From: a virus
Strand: one strand, 5' to 3'
UHGV virus genome: UHGV-0085244
Length of the DNA stretch: 32,566 bases
Every line of letters begins with the position of its first letter. The first letter of the stretch is position 1. Shown here piece by piece: positions 1 to 9,236 of this stretch. The position numbers and the translations under genes were made by a program. The notes under the pieces are model-generated. The model was not told the origin of the DNA, did no database searches, and was given only the letters and a program-made list of their open reading frames with translations.

Positions 1-10
1 TTTGTGGAGC

Positions 11-52
11 CCATCAACCCCGCCATTTCGGTTCAAGGTTGATGGGTTTTTT
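11..52 (+). terminator. Rho-independent terminator-like hairpin of a flanking host gene; its 3' arm and T-run contain the att core
   Basis: Stem CCATCAACCC (11-20) pairs with GGTTGATGGG (37-46), followed by TTTTTT (47-52). Confidence 0.6.
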
Positions 53-55
53 GTT
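42..55. repeat. att core copy at the ogr-proximal prophage end (attR in P2 convention)
   Basis: ATGGGTTTTTTGTT identical to 32512-32525; similarity extends to 42-63 vs 32512-32533 with 2 mismatches. Confidence 0.75.
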
Positions 56-132
56 GTCTGAAATTTAAGCTGTTTAAAATCATGATGTTAGAAGCACTAT
101 TCTTTAACGATGGCGACAAAATGGCGGCAGCG

Positions 133-351
133 TCAAAGAGAGAGCGCCACCTGTCCTGATTTCATTGGATGCGGCTGAACCGGATTTGACTCTTTTGGCG
201 TTGCAATCGAACGAACAAAAGTTTCATGGGTAACAAAAGTATGGCTGCAGTTAATGTTCTGGCACTGGTTGTAACGCTCTTTGGTCAATGAAGATACCTG
301 AAAACTGCTGCGAGTATGGGCGGCACTTCCACACAGTGGGCAAATCATCAT
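133..351 (-). CDS. ogr: Ogr-type zinc-finger late-gene transcriptional activator
   Basis: ORF 133..384; CPLC...HTRSS...ERYNQCQNINCSHTF matches the P2 Ogr Cys4 pattern; start taken at the internal ATG giving MMICPLCGS (start 348 equally possible); GGAGA RBS upstream. Confidence 0.85.
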   Translation of the reverse strand: MMICPLCGSAAHTRSSFQVSSLTKERYNQCQNINCSHTFVTHETFVRSIATPKESNPVQPHPMKSGQVALSL

Positions 352-441
352 TTTTCGAGCTCTCCCCATTTTTGCTAAATTCACAATAATGATACCGCAT
401 TATTCCATTTTGCAAACTTAAAAGTTCTCCATTGCGAAGAA

Positions 442-1542
442 TCATTCCATTTCGAAATCATCAATCCTCACTTCAAGCTCCAGACTGGTCGTAAAACCGT
501 TATCCGGGCTGACGGTATGCGTCAGAGTCGTAATGGTCCATTCCGCATCATCTATCGGCTGTTTAAAGCCACTGACCTTCACAGGCATTTCTGTGTAGAG
601 ATCTGCCCGCCCTTCCGCCAGTTGTAGCGAGAATGACGCAACGCCGCGTTGCAGGCGTTCCCACTGCATTTTCGCTGCCCGTTCAGCGTTGCTCCGGTTG
701 GCATAAGTGCGATTAAGTACCAGCACGTTTTCATCCGTACCCACCAGGTAATCGCCCTGCTTCGCTTCCGGCTCTTTCTTCTGCTTCTTACTCCTGCGCT
801 TACGCTTCACCGTGGTGCTTTCTTTCTTCGCGGGTTCGCGGGTATGCAACCAGCTGGCAATTACGCCCGTGTAGGCTCCGCGATCTGCCAGGGTAAAGCG
901 GTGACTGTCGCCGTCCTTACGTGTGATAGTGATAACCGGTAGTGGTTTACCGCTGGCGCTTTTACCCTGTCCCTGACGGATGAATAACAGATTGCCATTT
1001 TTCACCGACGCAATAGCACCGTACTGGCGCGCCAGCCGCATCAGAAAACTGCCGTCACTCTCATTGGTCTGGTCTATATGCTCCACGGGTTTATCCGACA
1101 GGTCTTCACCCAGTGCCATCTTCAGTTTGTGCCGCGCAGCTATTTCCTTCACTACTTCCCCAACGGTGGTCTTGTGCCACGATTTTTCACGGCGGGTATT
1201 CAGCGTTTCACGAAAATCAGCACTTCGCGCCCGGATAGTCAGGCGGTCCGGTGCGCCAGTGTGTTCAATCTCGTCCACCGTGAATGCTCCTTTCGGGAAA
1301 AGCGGCTGCCCCTTCCAGCCCAGCGCCAGCGTGATGACCGCACCACGGCGCGGCAGCACGATTTTTCCGTCGGCGTCGTCCAGCTCCAGATCAAGCTGGT
1401 CTGCTTCAAAGCCCCGATTGTCCGTCAGCGTCAGACTCATCAGGCGGTTATCCAGCACAGTGGTGATATCCTTCCCCTCAATACTGATGCTGAATGCGGG
1501 AGTTTTGTTGCCTTTGTTAAGCAGTTCAGAGCTGAAATTCAC
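442..1542 (-). CDS. D: Tail protein D (late control gene D family)
   Basis: 366-aa ORF recognised as P2 gpD-like; GTG start overlapping the U stop (GTGA); position after U. Confidence 0.85.
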   Translation of the reverse strand: MNFSSELLNKGNKTPAFSISIEGKDITTVLDNRLMSLTLTDNRGFEADQLDLELDDADGKIVLPRRGAVITLALGWKGQPLFPKGAFTVDEIEHTGAPDRLTIRARSADFRETLNTRREKSWHKTTVGEVVKEIAARHKLKMALGEDLSDKPVEHIDQTNESDGSFLMRLARQYGAIASVKNGNLLFIRQGQGKSASGKPLPVITITRKDGDSHRFTLADRGAYTGVIASWLHTREPAKKESTTVKRKRRSKKQKKEPEAKQGDYLVGTDENVLVLNRTYANRSNAERAAKMQWERLQRGVASFSLQLAEGRADLYTEMPVKVSGFKQPIDDAEWTITTLTHTVSPDNGFTTSLELEVRIDDFEME

Positions 1543-2024
1543 GACAGCAGCCCTCCCACCGTTTTACTGATATCGCTTAAGGCAGACGTTGCCGTATCCT
1601 GCAAATTATTCAGCTGCGCACTGAGATCACCGAACATATCGGACAGGGATTCATCCACCCGTTTGAGCGACAGGGTGAACTCAATCCGGCGCGGCATACC
1701 GTCGCGGAAAAACTCCGTTTTAGTCTGATTCAGTCCCTCAATCACATACATGCCGTAAATCGTGCCGCTGCCTTCAATCAGGGGCCATGCTTTCCCCTGT
1801 TCTGCCATCTGCTCCAGTGCCAGCAACGACAGCCTGCCGCCTGTTATCTCCGGCATAAGAACGCCAGAAAGCGTCAGCATGTCGTTATCCGGTCCCAGAA
1901 ACTGCGTTGACGGGCGTCGGTTAACCCGGCTGTTAGCCGCATGTCTCCAGCTGCGCTGATACTGCAGCTCCTGATACGGAACGGTGCGCAGCATAAACAC
2001 GTACAATCCCAGCACCATCATCAT
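1539..2024 (-). CDS. U: Tail protein U
   Basis: 161-aa ORF starting MMMVLGLYVFMLRTVPYQELQYQR, as I recall for P2 gpU; synteny. Confidence 0.9.
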   Translation of the reverse strand: MMMVLGLYVFMLRTVPYQELQYQRSWRHAANSRVNRRPSTQFLGPDNDMLTLSGVLMPEITGGRLSLLALEQMAEQGKAWPLIEGSGTIYGMYVIEGLNQTKTEFFRDGMPRRIEFTLSLKRVDESLSDMFGDLSAQLNNLQDTATSALSDISKTVGGLLS

Positions 2025-5000
2025 GCGTCGTATCCCCCCTGATCGCTGTAGTTACTCCTGGCTTTTGCCTTCAGCCTGCGTTCACGTTCATCAAGCTGGC
2101 GGGCCACCTCCCGCGCAATATCCTGCGCACTTTGTCCTGGCTGCGTCTGAATGATGATCTGCGTCGGTGCCTCAATCCGTTGAACGAGCGGCACAGTGGC
2201 TGCGCGACTCACAATTGCTTCTCCACCTTTCGCGGGAAGTGCCAAGGGGTGCAACGGTGGAAGCTCTGCTGGCGCGGCAGCAACGCCCATCATTCCGGCA
2301 ACAACGGCAGCCAGTGCAGCTGTATTTCTCCGGCTGGTCACATTTGCCGGGCCGTTAACAATTTCCGGCCCGTTTTCACCGACGATGCCAAACTGCCCAC
2401 GCGGGATATAGCCGCCGCTGTCATACATCCCCGCAAAGCCATATCCCCATGACGGAAAACCACCCGATGGCATCATCACTTTACCGTCTGCATTCACCGT
2501 CGCAGGTTGCTGACGCGTCACGCTTTCCGGCAGTTTCGCCTTTGCAGCCTCTTTACTGACAATGCCGAGTTTATCCAGCAACCAGGAAACGCCAGATTTC
2601 AGGGAGTCCAGCGGATGCATAACCATATTCAGCCCTTCCGCCAGTGCCTCCCCGAATCGTCGCCCCATTGCCGCTGCGCTCTGCAGTTCGGCAGAGGTCG
2701 ACTTAACGGGCGTCAGCAGATCAGTAAACCAGCCCCACAGCGCCTGCACTTTGTCACCAATCCACTGGAACACAGGCTTAAGCGGTTCGAACGCTGCACT
2801 GATGGGACCTGCCGCCGCTTTGAATCCTTCCACCACGCCACCGAGAAATGCGGTGATGGGTTGCCAGTATTTCCAGACAACCAGTGCCACACCCGCCAGT
2901 GCAGTAACCACAAGACCTATCGGACTGAGCAAAGCACCTAACAGACCAGATACGGCATACAGGGCAACGCGCAACATCGCCAGTGGACCAGATGCCAGTA
3001 CTCGCAGCACCGTGCCTGCGGCAGCCAGCCCGCCGCGCAGTACCGCCAGAGGATTCATAAACATCACAGCAACAGCACGTAAAGCGGATAATCCAGACCG
3101 CAATAGTGCAACCGGCGCACCTGCTACAGTTTTCAGGACATTTCCCGTCAGTGATGCCGTACGGCGCAAAGACGACAACGGCGCAGTAAGTAAACCCGCT
3201 GCGTTACCCGATGAAGCAAGCCCGCGTCGCAGCACTGCCAGTGGAGCGCCAGCCAGCCAGGACAACGCGCTGCTGGTTCGTGTTACTGCTGCCATAACGG
3301 AAGGTAACGTTTTGATGCCCAGCACAGAGAATCCCAGACGGATGACTGCCAGCGGCCCCAGCACTGCAGCCAGCGCCACAGCCAGGGTGCCGAGGCCTAC
3401 GGTAACCGCAGCCACAATAGCGGCTACTTTCATCAGTGTGCCCGTCAGTTCCGGGTTAGCTTCCACCCAGCGACGCAACGCTCCCGTAACGCTTTTCACC
3501 GTGTACAGAATATCCATCAGCGGCTGGCGCAGCGTTTCGCCCAGGCTGCTGAAGGTATTCTGCGCTCCGGTTTTAACCAGCAACCACTGAGCAGAAAGTG
3601 AGTCCTTGTTGATGTCGGATTCTTTCTGCATGGAACCGAGCGCATCATTGCCCGCTGTCAGTTTTAGCTGGCGCTGCAGTTCCGGAAGGTTGTTTGCCAG
3701 TTTCGCCGCGTCATCACCAAACTCTTTACCAAACAACATGGTCATGGCAGACAGACGCTTGTCCTGCGGCAGTGCGTTCACCTTCTCCAGCACACGCTGG
3801 ATAGTTCCCATCGCATCCTTCGTCATCTGCTTTTCAATCACTTCAGGATTGAGTTTCAGCAGATTCATCCCTTCAAAGAAACTCTTGCTTTGCATGGTGG
3901 CAATGGACAATTCACGCACCATCGCGTTTGCTGCACTGGCTGCAACCTCCGGCGCAGCGCCCAGTGTCAGAAAGGTGGACCCCAGTGCCGCCGCTTTACG
4001 ATAATCCAGACGGTCAGCCACACCGCCCAGACGTTGCATCACATCAATGATGTCCGCCCCTTTCGACATGGCGTTATCATCCAGATAGTTCAGCGCATCG
4101 CCGAGCTGTTCAATATTGCGGGTAGGTATTTTGTAGAGCTGGGCGATTTTCCCCAGACTTTCTGACAGTTCATCCGCTGGCAGCTCAAAGGCTGTTGCCG
4201 CCTTTGCTGCCGTACTGGCGAAGGCCAGCAGGTCACGTTTCTGGTCTTCCCAGCTGTCGTCAGGGTTTGCGACGTTCATGCGCGCACCACCTTCAACCAG
4301 TGCAGCGAAGTCCACCGCACCGTTTTCCATCGGCAACTGTTCGCTGGCAGCCTTGATGGCATCCTGCATTTCATAAAAACGTGCAGTGCGGTTGCCATTA
4401 TCGTCACGCAGACCATTGACCTGCTTTGCCACACCTTTCATGGCATCTTCCATGCTGGTATAGCTTTTTACTGCCGCCATCACTGGCGCACCCATTGCCA
4501 GCCCTGCAGCCGTGGTGGTGGCTCCGGCACCTGCAATACGATCACGCACCTCCAGCGAACGGGCATAACTGGCACGCGCTGCATTCATCCTGCGCTGAGC
4601 TTCCCCCAGTCGCTTCAGCCGTGCCTCCTGTTTCGAAAGTTCCTGGTTATAACGTGATGTTTCACGGGCTAAACGGGCAGTTGCTCCCGCATCGTCTTTC
4701 GCAGAAATTCCCGCCCGGTACAGTTCAGCACGCACAAGCGCCGTCTGCTGCTGCAGCTTTTTCTGGCGTTCTTCCAGGCGCTGAACAGCCAGCCGTTGAC
4801 GGCCCAGAGCAACAACCTGACGTTGCGAAGGCGGCCCCATCGTTCCCAGTTCCTGACTGAGCAAATTTGCACGCTGGCGGGCATAGTTCAGCCTGTCGCC
4901 TAATTTCTGATTTTCTGCCTGCAGCTTTCGGAAGCTGTCCAGACTGCTCCCGGCCTGATCAAGCTGCTTTATTGCATCGCGGGATTTTTTGACAGCAGCA

Positions 5001-5098
5001 GCCAGTTCTCTTGAACTGGCCTGCGCAGATCGAAATGGGCGGGTGAGCTTGTCAACCGCATTAAGAATGACCTGCAGGCGCAGGTTATTATCACTCAT
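2021..5098 (-). CDS. T: Tail tape-measure protein
   Basis: 1025-aa ORF, coiled-coil N-terminal part, Ala/Leu/Gly-rich repeated central part; sits between E/E' and U as in P2. Confidence 0.9.
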   Translation of the reverse strand: MSDNNLRLQVILNAVDKLTRPFRSAQASSRELAAAVKKSRDAIKQLDQAGSSLDSFRKLQAENQKLGDRLNYARQRANLLSQELGTMGPPSQRQVVALGRQRLAVQRLEERQKKLQQQTALVRAELYRAGISAKDDAGATARLARETSRYNQELSKQEARLKRLGEAQRRMNAARASYARSLEVRDRIAGAGATTTAAGLAMGAPVMAAVKSYTSMEDAMKGVAKQVNGLRDDNGNRTARFYEMQDAIKAASEQLPMENGAVDFAALVEGGARMNVANPDDSWEDQKRDLLAFASTAAKAATAFELPADELSESLGKIAQLYKIPTRNIEQLGDALNYLDDNAMSKGADIIDVMQRLGGVADRLDYRKAAALGSTFLTLGAAPEVAASAANAMVRELSIATMQSKSFFEGMNLLKLNPEVIEKQMTKDAMGTIQRVLEKVNALPQDKRLSAMTMLFGKEFGDDAAKLANNLPELQRQLKLTAGNDALGSMQKESDINKDSLSAQWLLVKTGAQNTFSSLGETLRQPLMDILYTVKSVTGALRRWVEANPELTGTLMKVAAIVAAVTVGLGTLAVALAAVLGPLAVIRLGFSVLGIKTLPSVMAAVTRTSSALSWLAGAPLAVLRRGLASSGNAAGLLTAPLSSLRRTASLTGNVLKTVAGAPVALLRSGLSALRAVAVMFMNPLAVLRGGLAAAGTVLRVLASGPLAMLRVALYAVSGLLGALLSPIGLVVTALAGVALVVWKYWQPITAFLGGVVEGFKAAAGPISAAFEPLKPVFQWIGDKVQALWGWFTDLLTPVKSTSAELQSAAAMGRRFGEALAEGLNMVMHPLDSLKSGVSWLLDKLGIVSKEAAKAKLPESVTRQQPATVNADGKVMMPSGGFPSWGYGFAGMYDSGGYIPRGQFGIVGENGPEIVNGPANVTSRRNTAALAAVVAGMMGVAAAPAELPPLHPLALPAKGGEAIVSRAATVPLVQRIEAPTQIIIQTQPGQSAQDIAREVARQLDERERRLKAKARSNYSDQGGYDA

Positions 5099-5527
5099 CG
5101 TTGGCCCCGCTTCTCTGAATCGCTTTATACCGCCATTCCAGCACTTCGGTCAGCGGCATAACGTCAGTAACGGATGGCGGCCAGTGAAAGATGGTGGCGA
5201 TATCAGCCACCAGATCGTCAACCGTCAGGCTGTCGGTAAACCGGCAAGCACCGACTTCTTCAACAAAAAAGTGACAACCTCAACCGACATGGCAGTGAGA
5301 TCTGCCGGGTCCATCTCTGCAATTTCCTGTGCAGTCAGTGCCGGACTGGAGATGCGGGGGATCACGGTCATCATCGCGTTCACATCCATATCCATAATGG
5401 CCTGCAGGCGTGTACCGCGCAGCGCACCGGACTGCGGTTTACGCAGCACAATTTCGGTGATTTCTGTTTTACCGCGCATGATGGGGGTATCCAGTTGAAT
5501 GGTCTTTTCAGTCTGTTTATCGCTCAT
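5091..5527 (-). CDS. Tail assembly chaperone E+E' made by programmed -1 ribosomal frameshift
   Basis: Slippery TTTTTTG on the minus strand (plus-strand 5265-5271); the -1 frame reads on as VEEVGACRFTDSLTVDDLVADIATIFHWPPSVTDVMPLTEVLEWRYKAIQRSGANDE with no stop for 57 codons, ending at a TGA (5091-5093) that overlaps the T start. Confidence 0.75.
5225..5527 (-). CDS. E: Tail assembly chaperone E (zero-frame product)
   Basis: 100-aa ORF directly upstream of T, ATG start; contains an in-frame T_TTT_TTG slippery heptamer. Confidence 0.85.
   Translation of the reverse strand: MSDKQTEKTIQLDTPIMRGKTEITEIVLRKPQSGALRGTRLQAIMDMDVNAMMTVIPRISSPALTAQEIAEMDPADLTAMSVEVVTFLLKKSVLAGLPTA
5265..5271 (-). other. 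Slippery heptanucleotide for the E/E' -1 frameshift
   Basis: Minus-strand ACT TTT TTG in the E reading frame. Confidence 0.75.
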
Positions 5528-5581
5528 TTTGTTGTCCTGTCAATTGGGTTCTGGCGCGGTATCCCGCGCCGTTCAGATATA

Positions 5582-6097
5582 TCAGAGGCCGAGGGCGTTG
5601 CGGTGCGCTTCCATCAGGTCCACACCGTCCACAATTTCCACCATGTTGATAAGGTCCACTTCATAGAGCACCTCACCATTGATGGTCAGCTTCGCGTAGC
5701 TGTTGGTACTGGTCACTTTGGTGGTGTTGCTTTCGCCCGTCTTCCACTCGCCGGAATCCACTTCTTTGTGACGTCCACGCACGACAAGCTCCACGGCCTG
5801 CACTTCCCCGGTATCGTCACGCTGGATAGAGCCGGTAAAGCGCAGCTGGATGCCATCCACCGTGGATTTGCCCATCTGCTTAAACAGCAGCAGTTCAGTA
5901 CCACCAATGGAAAATTCTGTATCCAGTGCACTGTCATCCAGTCCCAGATCCACATCCACTGCACCCGGCATTCCGCCGCCGCGATACTTCTCATATTTGC
6001 GGGTAAATTTCGGCAGCGTCAGCGACTCAACGATCCCCTGCCAGTTGTTCCCGTCGTTAAACAGGTTCAGGTGTTTTAATTTGCGTGGTAAAGCCAT
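5582..6097 (-). CDS. FII: Tail tube protein
   Basis: 171-aa ORF, P2 FII-like; synteny after the sheath gene. Confidence 0.9.
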   Translation of the reverse strand: MALPRKLKHLNLFNDGNNWQGIVESLTLPKFTRKYEKYRGGGMPGAVDVDLGLDDSALDTEFSIGGTELLLFKQMGKSTVDGIQLRFTGSIQRDDTGEVQAVELVVRGRHKEVDSGEWKTGESNTTKVTSTNSYAKLTINGEVLYEVDLINMVEIVDGVDLMEAHRNALGL

Positions 6098-6106
6098 GTT
6101 GTCCCC

Positions 6107-7279
6107 TTACGCGCTGACCTGGCTGGCGAAATTCACCAGGTACTGATCGGTGATGCGCTGACGCAGCATCAGGTTTTCAAGTGGCGGCACTGGCGTGTAG
6201 TCGTAGTCGATGGTGAGTTTTCCGGCTTTCAGCGTGTCTTTGTCGTTCACCGACTCATCCAGCCAGCAATCACCACCAATGAGATAGCCCTGACTGACCA
6301 GGCTGCGCATTTTGGCGCGGATACCTTCGATAATGTCGCGGGCCAGCGACGGGTTAAGCGGTTTATCCACCGCCCACATGTGTGCTTCTGCCATCGTGTC
6401 CATCAGCACCTGCGCCGTGCGGGTGTAGTTTTCGAAGGCAAAGAGCGGGTCATCACTCAGGCAGCGGGAACCCCAGAAGCGGAAACCGTCTTTACGCACA
6501 AGCGTGGTGACGTCGTTCTGGTTCAGCAGACCTGCATCGGTTGCCGGGTCCTGCAGATCCCAGAACACATCTGCAGAAATTCCGGTGACACCGTTCACGC
6601 CCACGTTGGACAGGCTTTTGTGCCATCCGGTCTGCTCGTCAATTTTGGCGCGCAGACCAAGCGCACGGGCGGTGGCATATGCCGTTGCTTCGGCATTCAG
6701 CACCGTGTCCCAGCCAGTAAAGTCAGGCCAGATCAGCATCCCTTCGCGCTGGCTGAAGTTTTCGCGGTAAGTGATCGCCTCCTGCACTGTCTTGCAGCCA
6801 TACGCTGACAGGTAAGCAAATCCACGCAGGCTTTGCGCCACGCTCAGCAACTCAGTAGCTACCGCCTTGGTATCGTGGCCTGGCACGCCGAGAATGCGCG
6901 GTTTAACGCCGAGCTGTGACTGGGCAGATAACAGGGCTTTCATACCTGTTTTTTTACCTTCAGCAGTCACTGCTCCGATGATATTGGTCGTGGTTTCTTC
7001 TTCCGTTTCACCCTGCGGCACACGCACAACAACGGTCACGGGTTTTGCCTGGTCAGCGATGGCATCCAGCGAACGAGCCAGCGTGCCTGACTCACCCGCT
7101 TTACCGCTGGCAGTCAGCACATCAGTGATCAGCACGGGTTTATTAAGAGGAAACATTTTTGCATCGGCATCATCGCCCGTGCAGACCATACCCACGATGG
7201 CGGTGCTCACCGTGGTAATGGATCGGGTGCCTTCGTTGACTTCAACAACGCGCACCCCGTGGTGGTAATCCTGAGCCAT
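6107..7279 (-). CDS. FI: Contractile tail sheath protein
   Basis: 390-aa ORF, P2 FI-like sheath; synteny. Confidence 0.9.
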   Translation of the reverse strand: MAQDYHHGVRVVEVNEGTRSITTVSTAIVGMVCTGDDADAKMFPLNKPVLITDVLTASGKAGESGTLARSLDAIADQAKPVTVVVRVPQGETEEETTTNIIGAVTAEGKKTGMKALLSAQSQLGVKPRILGVPGHDTKAVATELLSVAQSLRGFAYLSAYGCKTVQEAITYRENFSQREGMLIWPDFTGWDTVLNAEATAYATARALGLRAKIDEQTGWHKSLSNVGVNGVTGISADVFWDLQDPATDAGLLNQNDVTTLVRKDGFRFWGSRCLSDDPLFAFENYTRTAQVLMDTMAEAHMWAVDKPLNPSLARDIIEGIRAKMRSLVSQGYLIGGDCWLDESVNDKDTLKAGKLTIDYDYTPVPPLENLMLRQRITDQYLVNFASQVSA

Positions 7280-7355
7280 AGTGGCGAACCTCCTGATTGG
7301 ATTAGGCTTCGCCCTATGTTGAAGTGATTGTGCCTGACAAACAGCTAAGCGCAGT

Positions 7356-7373
7356 TGTACCGTTATTCACACA
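7356..7373. promoter_or_regulatory. Candidate Ogr-binding dyad (TGT-N12-ACA) of the late FI operon promoter
   Basis: TGTACCGTTATTCACACA about 85 bp upstream of the FI start codon. Confidence 0.55.
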
Positions 7374-7421
7374 AAATGACGGTATTTGTCTGCTTTCAGG
7401 GATAATCAAAATAAAGCTGAT

Positions 7422-7988
7422 TCAGGGAGATTTATTGTTCTTATTTGCCGGAAATTTTCGATAAATGGTAGAAACGCCTACATCAAAAATCAGTGCAATA
7501 CGCTGTCTTGATTCTCCGGCCTCGAGTAAACGCCCAATCTGTGCCCACTGTTCGCTGGTCAACTTAGGACGGCGTCCACCTACTCTGCCTTTAGCACGAG
7601 CTGCAGCCAGCCCCGCCCTGGTACGTTCAACTATCAGTTCGCGTTCCATTTCAGCCAGGGCACCCATGACATGAAAAAAGAAACGGCCCATTGGGGTGCT
7701 GGTATCAATACTGTCAGTCAGGCTTCGGAAATTCACGCCACGCTGGCGCAGCTCTTCTATCAGCGTAACAAGATGCCGCATACTGCGCCCCAGTCTGTCC
7801 AGCTTCCAGACAACCAGCGTGTCTCCTGCCGATAGTGTCCTGAGCAGCTTTTTCAGCCCCGGTCTGTCGGACTTGGTGCCACTGATTTTATCCTCAAAAA
7901 TCCGCTCACATCCCGCACAGTTCAGTGCATTGCGTTGCAAATCGGTGTTCTGGTCATTTGTTGACACGCGTACATAGCCAATAAGCAT
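7422..7988 (-). CDS. Serine-recombinase DNA invertase (Hin/Gin/Cin/Pin family)
   Basis: N-terminus MLIGYVRVSTNDQ with catalytic-Ser context, C-terminal HTH; start placed at the ATG 6 nt after a GGGGG RBS (track ORF 7422..7994). Confidence 0.9.
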   Translation of the reverse strand: MLIGYVRVSTNDQNTDLQRNALNCAGCERIFEDKISGTKSDRPGLKKLLRTLSAGDTLVVWKLDRLGRSMRHLVTLIEELRQRGVNFRSLTDSIDTSTPMGRFFFHVMGALAEMERELIVERTRAGLAAARAKGRVGGRRPKLTSEQWAQIGRLLEAGESRQRIALIFDVGVSTIYRKFPANKNNKSP

Positions 7989-8043
7989 GATCATCCCCCT
8001 GAATAAAAACCGGAGATGATGCCAGTTAGCCGTTATCTCTGCA

Positions 8044-8068
8044 TTTTCATAAACGTTGGTTTGGGAGA
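8044..8068. repeat. Invertase crossover site (hix/gix-like), invertase-proximal
   Basis: TTTTCATAAACGTTGGTTTGGGAGA; inverted-repeat partner at 9592-9616. Confidence 0.7.
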
Positions 8069-8405
8069 GGGAGCAAAATTAGGCGCAGCGGTGTGTGTGA
8101 CCGGCTCTACAGGCTATATGACTATCCCGGCAATGGTCGCCGGGAAAGAACGGGTGATCATATTGCAGTGGTTTGATGCCTCTACAAGTGGTTATGCGAC
8201 ACCAGTAACTGCGAATTTCCCTATTGCATTCCCAAATGAGTGCATGATTCCGTTATTTAGTGATGTATCAACTGGGGCTGCTGATTTGAGTTCTACAACT
8301 GCATATAATTTGGCTGTTGGTAGAACGTATTACACTGGTATGACAAAAACTCAAATTACATGTGCTGGCTACGGTGGCTTTAGAGTTTTCGCGATTGGAT
8401 GGTGA
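8069..8405 (+). other. Silent alternative tail-fibre C-terminal cassette (Sv'-like), expressed only after inversion
   Basis: Part of ORF 8016..8405; shares ILQW and FPIAFPN motifs with the C-terminus of H; no plausible promoter or start of its own. Confidence 0.65.
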
Positions 8406-8410
8406 TTAAT

Positions 8411-8830
8411 ATGTTTTATTCTGCAAAAGAAAATGCGTTCTACGCTGATGAGCTAAAAAGTATTTATGAAAATGCAGGTAGCTGGCCTGACGATGCCGTT
8501 GAAGTAGACTATTCCGTATTCGTTGAGTTTGCCGGAGAATCACCTAACGGAAAATTACGCGCTCCTAATTCTGATGGTTTACCTGAATGGATAGATATTC
8601 CCGAACCAACTGAAGAGGAAATTATTGCGTTGGCAGAAGCCGAAAAATCGCGACTGCGTGCTTCAGCTGACTCTGAAATAGAATGGCGGCAGGACGCCGT
8701 TGATGCGGGGATCGCGACGGAAGAAGAAACTGTTTCATTAGCCGAATGGAAAAAATACCGGGTGCTGCTGATGCGAGTTGATACAGCAGACCCGGACTGG
8801 CCTACTCCTCCGGCGACTCAGGCCAGTTGA
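8411..8830 (+). CDS. Alternative tail-fibre assembly chaperone (U'/G'-like), silent orientation
   Basis: [16 protein letters not shown]... parallels the minus-strand assembly protein [18 protein letters not shown]...; starts 6 nt after the Sv' stop. Confidence 0.75.
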   Translation: MFYSAKENAFYADELKSIYENAGSWPDDAVEVDYSVFVEFAGESPNGKLRAPNSDGLPEWIDIPEPTEEEIIALAEAEKSRLRASADSEIEWRQDAVDAGIATEEETVSLAEWKKYRVLLMRVDTADPDWPTPPATQAS

Positions 8831-9233
8831 TATCTGGTGCGCTGGATATGTCCACAGATTCCAGCGCATCGAGATAATCCAGCCACTCGTTATACTGGGC
8901 CTTCTCGTCGTCTGTAAGTCGTCCCAGCGCAGCTTTACCCGGCCACTGCTTGCTGTTTATATACTCATTAGCCTGATCGATACGATACTGTTTTTCAGCT
9001 TCAGCTGCTGCGATTTCCTCCTCATGGCTTAAAGGTGGAATGTCTACCCATGCCGGCATTCCATCCTCAGTAGCTCCACGAGTTTTACCCTCTGGTGGCA
9101 TCCCCGAATATTCAGTGAATGTCTCATCTGAGACGGCTATGAGATCGTCAGGCCAGTTTCTACTCGCTTCATAAACATCTCTGAGCTCATCAGGGTAGAA
9201 AGCGTTATTTAATGCTGAATAAAAATAAGCCAT
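8802..9233 (-). CDS. G: Tail-fibre assembly chaperone (currently expressed)
   Basis: 143-aa ORF directly downstream of H, P2 gpG-like. Confidence 0.85.
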   Translation of the reverse strand: MAYFYSALNNAFYPDELRDVYEASRNWPDDLIAVSDETFTEYSGMPPEGKTRGATEDGMPAWVDIPPLSHEEEIAAAEAEKQYRIDQANEYINSKQWPGKAALGRLTDDEKAQYNEWLDYLDALESVDISSAPDINWPESPEE

Positions 9234-9236
9234 TTA

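Noticed and set aside
1-132. Possible tRNA or tmRNA gene as the integration target at the prophage ends
   Set aside because: No cloverleaf-compatible sequence or conserved tRNA 3' end (T-loop, CCA context) is visible at either end; the att core lies in a simple hairpin plus U-tract instead.
251-445. 64-aa minus-strand ORF overlapping ogr
   Set aside because: Alternative frame overlapping the conserved zinc-finger gene; no independent support.
2562-3590. 342-aa plus-strand ORF, with other long plus-strand ORFs at 980..1570, 1078..1728, 3606..4004 and 4426..4860
   Set aside because: They are antisense to the D/U/T genes; their Ala/Pro/Ser/Arg-rich low-complexity translations are typical shadow ORFs in GC-rich coding DNA, and they have no RBS or synteny support.
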